A DNA stretch of 64,000 nucleotides from Chrysomallon squamiferum. Its lineage: Eukaryota > Animalia > Mollusca. The stretch covers positions 1,550,001 to 1,614,000 of the forward strand of contig CM022668.1 of NCBI GenBank assembly GCA_012295275.1, written 5' to 3'. A program made the translations under genes and the position numbers. Below the pieces are notes generated by a model. That model saw nothing but the letters and a program-made list of their open reading frames with translations, did no database searches and was not told the DNA's origin. Below, piece after piece: positions 53,951-64,000 of this stretch (the first letter of the stretch is position 1; the number at the start of each line of letters is the position of its first letter).

Positions 53951-56900
53951 GAAGTGGAAGAAGAAGAGTAATAATAATAATTGTAATAATAGTAATGAAA
54001 GTAATAAAAATAGTAGTATTGTAATAGCAAAAAAATATTTGTTTATATTTTAATTAAAGAATTTGTGCATTAAAGAGTATAATTTGAAACATAAAATGTT
54101 ATAATAATTTGTCAACAACTCCAAAAATGGTATTTTTATTAAGGTTATTATTGGCAGTGATGGTACAAACAGTAGTAGGAAAATTTAGATATCAATAAAA
54201 AAATTATATATAATTTGTATATATCATATATTTATTAAGAATTTTTTTTATTATTATTGCTCAGATATTAGTAAATGAAGTATTCATGAGAAATGAAAGT
54301 TGCAGTTAATAGTTACCAATAAAACTCTGTGTAATTAGAACTAATGAAATACATATATTAATGTTTATAAGCAGCTAACATAAGTATTAGCTATTCAGAA
54401 AATGTTAGTTAATAAAGTTGATGTTGCTATGAAAACCTTTGTTTATTTAGTGGATAGAGACTCCCACTAACAAATGTAAAAATACTTGTTTAATTAGTTC
54501 AGTTTTTAATACATTATTTCCACTGATGTTATAAAAATAATTCAGGAGATCAGTTTTATTATGTGCTGAATGAAAGTAAAAAAAAAAATCAAAAACAAAG
54601 AAATCAGTAAGCTTATAATATTTTATGATAACTACTTAACAATAAATGGCAAAAAATAGTTTAAAACACACACACCTTTTCAGGTGCTGTTTCCATTCCT
54701 CATATCCAAGCAGTTTGTCAGTAGGGAGTTTCTTTTGCAGAGAGTCAATTTTCTCAGATGTTAGATGAAGCATTGCCAGAAAATTGTTGGCTTTCTGAAA
54801 AAGATAAAACATTTTTTAAACTAAATTACATGACCAAATATAGTGAACAATCTAACAGTATCGCTATGAAAACTTTAAGCTAAAGTTTGGCACTGAAAAT
54901 ATTGAAGGTTTAAATGGTGTAAAGCAAAAATAATATCTGCTTTTGTGTCCACGACACTGACAACCACTAATTATCAGTCTTGTATCACTTTCTTCTCAAC
55001 TCGTTTTGAACTGTAAACTGAGCTATGTTGCTGAAGTTCTTCCACACTGGGTTCTGGTGTCATAGTCCTATTAATTTGATATATTCTGCTTTACAGATGC
55101 CAGAATTTAAAGAACTACAGTCTGTACTTAATGGGGGTTAAATCACTTTTCTTTTTACTATCTTACTGAGATGCTCTGAAGAAACAACAAATGAAAAAAA
55201 ACTAAAATCTGTTTTTGTTCAAATATGTGTGACATGATACATATAATGGATGTTAATCTATTTCAATATTTTACTTTACTTTTCTATTTAATTAAATTCA
55301 CTGATGGGTATCAACATAAAAATATGAAATCACAGCTTGATCAGAAATTATTTTCATCATTAATATTTCTATTTGTTATGTGTATATTGAAATGTTTCTG
55401 ATAGTTGCATTTACCTCTTTAAAGTAGTCTGTCATTCTAAATTCATCTTCCTGCTGGGACATGTCAACTTTGACCTCTGTATATGTGTCATTGATAATAG
55501 CAAGGAACATGTTAATGAGAACGAAGAACACAAAGAACACGTATAACATGAAGTAGATTGGTCCCAGCACACGGTTAGCTGCCTCCAGTTGGGCAAAGTC
55601 AAAGTCTCCAAGAATAATTCGGAACAGAGTGAAACTAAAAAATAGATAACATATATAAATTAAGTACACACACACAACAGTCTCACACAATAATGTCAAA
55701 AGTAATATTTGAATTTCAACCCAAAGGAAACTTCATCTTGAATTCAAGGCCTCTTCAAGCCTATGTAAATATATATATATTTTTTAAAAGACTGTTATCA
55801 ACACAATGATGTCCAATAATTGGAAAGTTATAAACTTTTTAAATTACAGGTTCCAAAAGCATTTTGCTAAATGGAAAATGCCTGAAAGTGAAAATGCCTG
55901 AACATTACAAATTAAAAAATATATGGAAAAATAAATTAAAACATCACTGCTGATAAGTATAATGTTTCCAAAATTTCCAGAATCATTACTAATTACCAAT
56001 TCTTGACTAAAGAATCAAAACATTTATTTTTTAAGTGATCAAATTGTAACTTACAAAGCATTCTGAAAAGTACTGAAGTCTTTTACCATTGTTCCAAAGA
56101 GCAGATAGCCGAGTTGTGTGAATGCCACAAACACTATGAAAAACATGATAGCAAACCCAGCCAGATCTTTAGCACAGCGAGAAAGTGTTGATGAAAGCTG
56201 TGTCATAGTTTTGTTGAAACCAATGTACTTGAACACCTGTTTATTAAGTGCACACATTTGTTTTCACTCAGTCATTAATTTTCATATTAATAGTTATCAA
56301 ACATAATTAATTTTTAAATCAGATAATTTATTTATTTTGTTATTCCTTTTTGAAACTAACCACATGGTTTTTTTAAATCATCTTTTACATCTCCAAATTC
56401 TTCACAAACTGAATACTGACTAACAATATGTCCCATCTTGGGTCATTAGAAATTAGAAAAATTTTTATATGCTTGGAGTTGGTTTATAATTTATTCAGAC
56501 AAACAGTTACACTAGGGCCAACTCAATTTTTGAAAACTGTGCAGATGGAAAGCTGCTGTAGTCAGGTATTCAATTAATATTTTCTTTATTATGAAATTTC
56601 TATCTCAAAATAATTATTTTCTAATTGATTTCCATCTCAAATTTTCTGTCTAAAAGTATTTAATTTCTGTTTCATAAATTAATTAATTTATTTGTCTGAA
56701 CTAATTAATCATTTATATTAATTTTATTAAAAAATTTCACATGTAATTCCTGTTAATGAAACTAACTTTTATCCAGGCCAGGAAGACGGCAATTGCAACA
56801 GCATTAACGAACCGTGTCTCCCAGTAACCTAAACTTTCAAAATCAGGGTAAATGTCCTGATGATGAATAAGTTTTATTAGCTTTTCTTTTACTATGTAAC

Positions 56901-58353
56901 TGCGAAATACGTGGAATGCAATACACAAAAGTGAGATGATGATTATTACAATGTCTAGACAATTCCAAAAACTGTTCAGATAGTTGCATTTGTGTTTTTT
57001 AATCTGAAACACAAAAATAATTTTTATGAATGATTAATATAATAAAAATTATTCATATAATTACATTTGTATTTTTAAATCCAAAACAATAAAATTAACT
57101 TATAAATTATTATAAATAACGTTTTCAGCTGTAGGTTTAGCTAATTAAGGAACAACACAATAATAAATTAATATCTATACATTATTTTATATTTTATTTA
57201 TTTATGTTTTTGTAATATATTTGCATTCCAACCTATAACTCCTATTCTCTCTCTTCTAGTTAACAATTATTTAAAAATAAAATAAAATTCCATTTTTAAA
57301 AACAAACCATTAAAATATCACAAGGTTTTAGTATTTTATATTACATTGCATCAGGAGGAGTTAAGATCAAATTCCTAATTATGTTCTAAATATTTGGCTT
57401 CACTTAAAATTTAATGAGAAAAATAAACTAGGCTAATTATAACATAAATGTGAATGGTGTTACTACTTAACTAGCACAATGTACCAGTATTTGAGAAAAA
57501 AAATATTGCAGTTTTCTAAATCATAAAATGTCATCTTTCAAATATGTTTGATCAAAAATCTTTCTTTTACATTTTAGTTAACTAAATTAATTTTAAACAA
57601 ATTTCTTGTAGTTCTTGTAATTACTGAAATAATGCCACAAACCTCAAGCATCTCTTCAATAATGTAATAACCAATGAAAACACAAAACATGATCTCACAA
57701 GAAAAGATAAAGTAATCGCCTTTAGACACATATGGAATCAGTTTTACAGTGCGGAACATCCACGAAGGCACCACTCCACCAGTAGCAGGAAACTCGGTGA
57801 GAAGTCTTCAAAACAAAATCCACAACAATACCAATAAAAATCAAAACTGTATTTGCTAATACATAATATTCAGAGTAATTCAAGAATTAATGACTTTTGT
57901 TGGCTAAAGTAAGGAGTAAATCTACTGAGTAATTACTGGGTGTACTTCATAATATAATTTCATATCTAAGAACTTAAATGCAAAATGAACTAACCTGACA
58001 ACACAGAAGAGGTTGATATTGGCGTTGTAGACAGTGAAGTCAATGAAGACAGCCCTTGTGCCTCTTGTTATCCACTTTTGTTGAAAAAGATAATCTATGA
58101 TCCTTTTAGACTCATCCTTTGTTGTTCCAAGATTCTGAACATATCCTGCTCCACTGTAGGTAGCTATATAACCCCAGTGACCTGAACCGTCTAACTCTTG
58201 TTCAGTTCTGTAGAACCAGCTGAAATTTAAAAAAAATAGAAATATATATTGTAATTATGTCTTCATATAAACAGTTATCTATAGCACTGTAAACAGTAGT
58301 TGTACGTAGAATTATAATTTTTAATTGTTTCCAATTCCACAGCATAGCATAAT

Positions 58354-58400
<47 letters not shown>

Positions 58401-60969
58401 CAATGATGATGTTGATGATGATATTTCGGGTTTTTTTTAAATTAACTTTAGTTTTGTAAACATTCAGAGTTCATACAGAAAAGTAACTTACGCAGTATAA
58501 TTATTGCCATCATCATAAGCACCATATGGTCTTTTGTCTTCAAGATCACGTTTATATGGAGCATAGCATCTTGGGATTAGTGTTCTAAAATCTTTATGTA
58601 CAATGCATGAGTTGCTGTGAACCTTCAGCTGTCGTAGTCGTGGTAGTCCAAGCAATTTGTTTTCATAGTAGATGTAACCTTTCTGGTCCTCTGGCACTTT
58701 AGCACCATTGTACCATTTGTCCCAATGAATTCCATCTAGTAGTGGCCCTTGTGCAAACTGAAATGTTTTCTTAATTTGTTTACTTTCACTTTTATGACTT
58801 TATTAAAAATATATAACATATATTTACATTAAAACTGTGATTTATTAATGAAGGAGGAACTACTTATTATTTCTAGTGGAGAGTCAGAACAATGAGAATT
58901 GTAAATAGTATTGCAATATATTCCATTGTAAGTATAAGCCACTTTCAACAATTAAAGAACTGCTAAACGTATATATATATATATATATATATTTATAAAT
59001 ATATATATATATATGTATGTATATGTATATACACTTACATAAACATATTTTTCCCTTATAGACACTGATCAGTTCACTAATATGCAAATTTATTTTATGT
59101 CAGTGTTTGTCAGTTGTGTTGAGAGAATGTAAGACAGAATATATTAATTTGTTATTCCATTTACAACAATAGTACGTTATTATGTAAAGCACAACCTTAA
59201 TAATCTAGTTTCTCTTGCTTGCTTAGTTACTCAAGAAATATTTCTGTTGTTTAGTTCTTATTTTTTTTGTTTGAGAGATAGTAAGAATTCTACAGACTTA
59301 TGTGTCTTCAATTTTGAAATTTAATTTTTAAAACCAGAGTATCTGGGATCTGTATACTATTAAATATTCATATTACTTTCCTCTAGAATGATACAAATGT
59401 GCATCCACCAAGCAGACAAGCTATGACAACAATGACTAAACAAACATTCTGGGACATGGACATAAAAATGTAAAGTGAAAATTCACCTCCAAGGAAAAGA
59501 TCTTGGATTCTTAATTATGTATTATAAATGTACACAGTATATTTTAGTTCACTATTCATCAAAGAAATGTAAATAATTGCCAGTATGTTAACATACTCGC
59601 CAGAAATCCAAAGTATTTGTCATAGTCCTAAAGGTTCCCATAAAATCACTTTTTGTGTTGAGAAACAGGCTGCTCATTGCACTTGTGTAGTAGAACATGG
59701 TTGTACTTGTCATTCCAAATGTAACTGAAAATATTTATTTCAATAATATTTAATCACCATTTTATTATTACTGCCTAGTATACAGATGTGATCAAAAAAA
59801 AAAATTTCAATATTTATTTCAATAACATTTATAGTGATTGAGGAAGTATTTTATAATTACAATGTCCAACTGTAACTGAAAATATCTGAAGTAATGGAAT
59901 AATTGCTTTATTATTATTATTATTATGCCAAGCATACCAAAAGCAAAATTATTTTTAAAAGTCATTCATTTGTATAAATAATATTTAAAATAATTCAGTA
60001 ATAATGGTTTTATCATTATTGTTCTTGTCATTATAAATGTGAATGAAAATAAAAACATAATATATGCAAATTATGTCAGTCACCTATCCAATTAATATTT
60101 TTTTAAATTGGCAAAATAATCAAATATGAATTTATTACTGTTAAAATATATTAATTTATTAACAGCGATACATACTAATACAGGTAACTGTAAGAAAGAT
60201 GAGGTATATGATGAGTTCTCTCAGTGTGGTCTGAATGTACAGTTCTGGATTTTGTTCTGTATCTTCAGTCTCTCTAGTTGCCCAGAACACTGAAATCAGA
60301 ACATTAATTAAAATCAGTTTTGTGTGACAATAAATAAATCACTTTAGTAGAACTAGTGATTAAAATCACTTCTGTCGTCACTTAAGTAGGATCTGAGATA
60401 AAATTATAAAAAAGCAGAAACAAAGTAAACTTATACCGATATATTATACAGATAGAATGATCAGTGTAACATAGTAGTAGTAGTAGTATTAGTAGTAGTA
60501 ACAGTAGTAGTAGTAGTAGTAGTAGTAGTAGCAACAGTAGTAGTAGGAGCAGTTATTTTTGTTGTTGTTGCTGCTTGGGTGGGGCATGGGGCTGTATCAG
60601 ATATAAGGAAGATGTTATGTATCCACCCCTGCTCTATATAGCTCTGGCAAACTACTGCAGTTTTATAATTAATTTTATATAACATACGACACGAAAATAT
60701 TGTACTTATTTAGGTTTTTTTAGTTTTTTTTTATGCAGTATGACATAGATTTGATTTTTAATAAGTATAGCTATTATAAGCTAAGAATCTCTCTCAGTAA
60801 ATTACCTCGTATGCATTTGCCACAACATCCACGGCCTTCGCGCTGGTTCGGGATCTGCTTGTGAAGTTAAACGTTGGCTGGGGAGACTAGCACTTTCATC
60901 TAAACTGGACGCTTCGCTAGTATTTGTACCCCACGGACGAGGAGAGAGCTTTCCCATCGATTCAAACAT
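52639..60969 (-). CDS. PKD2L1: Polycystin-2 family (TRPP, PKD2L1-like) cation channel gene, at least 12 exons, roughly 660 aa
   Basis: Spliced translation gives TRPP hallmarks: [13 protein letters not shown] (S1), [17 protein letters not shown] and [19 protein letters not shown] (TOP domain), [13 protein letters not shown] (pore), [16 protein letters not shown] (S6) and EF-hand [12 protein letters not shown]. Exons 2-11 have GT-AG borders with matching phases. Orthology (PKD2 vs PKD2L1) is inferred from the short N-terminus and the LGDFD filter. First and last exons are uncertain. Confidence 0.9.
53418..53465 (-). CDS. Candidate terminal exon A ([15 protein letters not shown])
   Basis: tgacag acceptor, phase 0 after exon 11, TAA at 53420-53418; no homology support. 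Confidence 0.35.
   Translation of the reverse strand, partial: KSLKKDSKGGLFPLN
53767..53884 (-). CDS. PKD2L1: TRPP exon 11, EF-hand ([39 protein letters not shown])
   Basis: Canonical EF loop D-x-D-G-N-x-x-L-D-x-x-E; ttgcag/gtaatt borders. Confidence 0.9.
54676..54794 (-). CDS. PKD2L1: TRPP exon 10 ([39 protein letters not shown])
   Basis: Open frame, tttcag/gtgtgt borders, phases match exons 9 and 11. Confidence 0.85.
55415..55634 (-). CDS. PKD2L1: TRPP exon 9 (pore and S6: [13 protein letters not shown]...[15 protein letters not shown]...DYFKE)
   Basis: Pore/S6 signature; ttttag/gtaaat borders. Confidence 0.95.
56055..56236 (-). CDS. PKD2L1: TRPP exon 8 ([33 protein letters not shown]...FSTF)
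   Basis: Highly conserved S4-S5 linker and S5; aaacag/gtaagt borders. Confidence 0.95.
56767..57003 (-). CDS. PKD2L1: TRPP exon 7 (S3-S4: [14 protein letters not shown]...[10 protein letters not shown])
   Basis: ORF 56737-57012; tttcag/gttagt borders; 79 codons. Confidence 0.92.
57643..57805 (-). CDS. PKD2L1: TRPP exon 6 ([15 protein letters not shown]...YYIIEEMLE)
   Basis: EFPATGG motif and S2; ttgaag/gtttgt borders. Confidence 0.92.
57995..58219 (-). CDS. PKD2L1: TRPP exon 5 ([26 protein letters not shown]...[26 protein letters not shown])
   Basis: Open frame with the polycystin motif; tttcag/gttagt borders. Confidence 0.93.
58492..58757 (-). CDS. PKD2L1: TRPP exon 4 ([12 protein letters not shown]...[22 protein letters not shown]...NYTA)
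   Basis: Overlaps ORF 58488-58697; tttcag/gtaagt borders; TOP domain motif. Confidence 0.93.
59597..59724 (-). CDS. PKD2L1: TRPP exon 3 ([21 protein letters not shown]...DFWR)
   Basis: tttcag/gtatgt borders, phase 1 to phase 0, conserved TFGM..MFYYT..MS.LFL motif. Confidence 0.9.
60176..60289 (-). CDS. PKD2L1: TRPP exon 2 ([37 protein letters not shown])
   Basis: tttcag acceptor, gtatgt donor, conserved pre-S1/S1 motif. Confidence 0.9.
60806..60969 (-). CDS. PKD2L1: TRPP gene, putative exon 1 (ATG 60969; donor GTAATT at 60805), with a frame conflict
   Basis: The ATG frame reads [14 protein letters not shown]...DPEPARR. The GCCGKCIR motif that joins exon 2 ([11 protein letters not shown]) lies in another frame, which has TAA at 60869-60867. 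Confidence 0.6.
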
Positions 60970-61039
60970 GTCTTTCTTTTTCTTATTATTTTTTTCGCTC
61001 TTATAGGAAATAAAATTTGACTGATATTCAACCTGATTT

Positions 61040-61110
61040 AATTCGAGAACTTTCCCGGTTCTCCGTCCACAGACGTCATTTTTGCTGACCTAGTGACGTC
61101 AGTCCTCAAA
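61040..61110. promoter_or_regulatory. Putative proximal promoter of the TRPP gene with CRE/ATF sites
   Basis: TGACGTCA at 61094-61101 and a near-CRE (TGACGTCT on minus) at 61071-61078, about 100-130 bp upstream of the ATG in a CpG-retaining patch. Confidence 0.45.
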
Positions 61111-61901
61111 TTATGGTGTCATTGTTAGGTCAGAGACCTTTAAAATAAAATGATATATAGAATTATCTGCATTTATTACTATATTCGATCATACTTTCTG
61201 TGTTTTTAGTTGTGATAGGTACAAAAGCATATTCAGTGCAAAACTAAGAGTTTATAAGCGTGTTTTATACTGCTTTGATTTTGAATTATTATTATTATTA
61301 TTTTAAAATCATCTGTATATTTAATTATTTAAAGACTGATTTTTAAAATAACTACATTAAATATCATACTGTTTATTTTCGTCTTGATATGGAGGACAAT
61401 AAAGAATATCGTCGCATTTTAACAGCCATTAACTATATATATATATATAGGCCTAGTGCACTGAATGGTGAGTTTGTTTCTTGTATGATGACGGGAGCTT
61501 AGATAATTACCTAACAAAACACATTAAGAGAAATGTTTATTTTGATAGTTACATGGAAAACAACTCCCCAGCGCCTTTATCTGGGTCTAACATGGCGACC
61601 TCTAGACTGCCTTTAGGCCAGATATATATGCTAGCTGTATCTGTAACAGTAGTTTTTAATCACCTCAAATCTGCAGCAGTCGCATCGGCATAGGTGCAGT
61701 ACACATACTGGATCGAAAAAAAAAAAAAAAAAAAACAAATGATTTTGGTTCAAAATAAAAAATAAAAAAAAAACATCTGAAATACAAGCAAACATGTATG
61801 CTATCATTACAGAATGAGGGATGCTATACTTGTAAAATTGTTTTTGTTTCTGTTTTAAGCATGGTCTTCCATTAATTAAGGTATACTCTCTTTGAAAATA
61901 T

Positions 61902-61936
<35 letters not shown>

Positions 61937-62308
61937 ATATTTATATGCTGAAATAGTTTGTCTCTCAAAGTAATTTGTGATATTTACGGATTCATATATC
62001 GTATTTGATATTTCTAAGACGAGTCTTTAAAACACGATAAAGTTAAAATTTTTAAAGAAAAGAAATATTTCACTCACTGCTGCATTTAAATCTTTAGCAA
62101 GAAATGTCTGAGACATTCTTTTCTGCAAATGAGATATTTGAAATTTTGAATGCATTTTCATTTTATAAATAATTTCAGTTTTTAACTGTTTCTCTGCTAT
62201 AAATTTATATACGTTTGTTTCTGAGGCATTTGAACGTTTTAAATTATAAATAAAGAAAGCAAATGCAAAACAAATCCGCATAGAAACTGTATATTTTATT
62301 ATTATTAT

Positions 62309-62340
<32 letters not shown>

Positions 62341-62680
62341 CGGAAATGTCAATGGTAATAGCTCTTACTTTTCTAACTATTGGAAAAATTTTTTTTTTTT
62401 TATCAATAAATAATTTTTCAATAAATAACTTTTCAATTAATTATCGTATTTTTATTTTTTAAAGTAAAAACATATTAATACGCAGAATTTGTTTTTCATT
62501 CCATCACCAAAACAAAATTAACACGAATGTTCTAGAAACGAACAGCATATTCTTTTACACTACCTAATTGACTGCTTAATGTTTTGTTTGTACTAGTAAA
62601 CGTTAATCGAAATTTATTTTATTACTTATTTCCTTCTCATTATTTATTATTTTTGTTGTTGTTGTTGAAAAATTATGATC

Positions 62681-62720
<40 letters not shown>

Positions 62721-63844
62721 GAGTAATCTTAAAGACGTGGTGCCTAAATTAAACATGAAGTTTTTCTCAGAATTTGGCTGCAATTTGTTCTGAGATAACG
62801 CAGGTCCCGTTTGGCTTGTCAAATTAATCAGTTTTGTCTTTTTATACGGCAGGAGCAGCTGGCAGTTGCTTATTTATTTTTAACTCAAGGGAGATAAATA
62901 TGAAATAGTTTGTGAAAGGTAGATATCCTTTTATTTTTAAATGTTTACAAAAAGAAGAAACTGACAAATTTCATTAAACAGATTTATTATTATTATTTGT
63001 TTATTTATTTATTTTATTTTATTTTATTTTATTTTATATTTTTAAGCACCTTCTAGCCGAAATAAGACATAATATTATATACAAAATCTAAACTGAAAGT
63101 CGAAATATTAGTTTTTTAAATAAAGAACGTTTATGTGGCTTCACCCTAGGTACCTCCCTTGATTTAAAAATAAACAAGAGAATGATAGCAGGTGCAGTGG
63201 TTATTAAAAAGACAAACATGGTAAATTTCACAAGCCAGAAATGACCTCTTTTATACGTCCTTTGTTATATTTCTTCTATTTTCTAAGGAATAAATAAAAG
63301 AAATTTCAAGAAAACCTTAATTGAATTTATGAACCACGTCGTTACCAGTAATAATAATAATAATAATAATAATAATAGGTAGATAGAAAGATAAATAGAA
63401 AAATAGATTTTAAAATCGAAGATATTTTTAAAAAATTATAAATTAATTATATTCGTTAATATATTTCATTTATTACAACTACATTTTTCATAATCTAGAT
63501 AATAAATCTAATAAATAATAAAATTCCGGAGAACAAATTCATAAATTAATATTATTAGAACCAATACACTCTTTTATAACAAATGTCATACATAACAAAA
63601 ATAAATAAATAAATAAATAAAAATAAAAAAATCTCCTGATTTAAAAAGTACTTTATCACAACCATATATTGCGTTTATCGTATATAAGTTTCTCTCTCTC
63701 TTTAATAGTTGTAACAATTAAAAATGAAAAATAAAGCACAAAATGTTTGTCTAAATTTAAAATAAATAAATAAACAAACAAATGATAATAATAATGTTGT
63801 TTTGTTGTTATTGTTATTATTTTTATAATAATTATTATTATTAC

Positions 63845-63886
<42 letters not shown>

Positions 63887-64000
63887 ATAAATAAGTGTAA
63901 ATCTCTTTAATAACTCTTCATCCTATTACTATAAAACAAAGGTTAAATGTAAAATATTTTTTATTTATTTATTTATTTTTGTTGTTGTTATATAATGAAA

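Noticed and set aside
53890-54030. Poly-Tyr N-terminus of ORF 53746-54030
   Set aside because: Intronic (TAT)n repeat upstream of the exon-11 acceptor
60461-60685. Thr-rich mucin-like ORF in TRPP intron 1
   Set aside because: Derived from an (ACT)n microsatellite with no compatible splice sites identified

Overview
AT-rich, microsatellite-dense eukaryotic (invertebrate animal, probably lophotrochozoan/mollusc-like; inference) DNA. One clear protein-coding gene: a minus-strand, multi-exon polycystin-2/TRPP (PKD2L1-like) channel at about 52.6-61.0 kb. Exons 2-11 splice in frame through GT-AG sites, but exon 1 has a frame conflict and the C-terminus after the EF-hand looks degenerate. 1-15 kb keeps its CpGs, shows no recognisable TEs and carries clusters of CAGGT(A/G) and CRE motifs. 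15-47 kb is a patchwork of decayed transposons: an I-group LINE with endonuclease, RT and RNase H plus three 5'-truncated copies, Tigger/pogo and mariner-like deletion derivatives, and MULE elements with 8-bp TSDs, one nested. It also holds local duplications, degenerate minisatellites and orphan exon-like segments. No rRNA, tRNA or CRISPR. Most ORFs in the supplied track are microsatellite artefacts. All coordinates were read by eye, so TE and repeat boundaries may be off by several bases.
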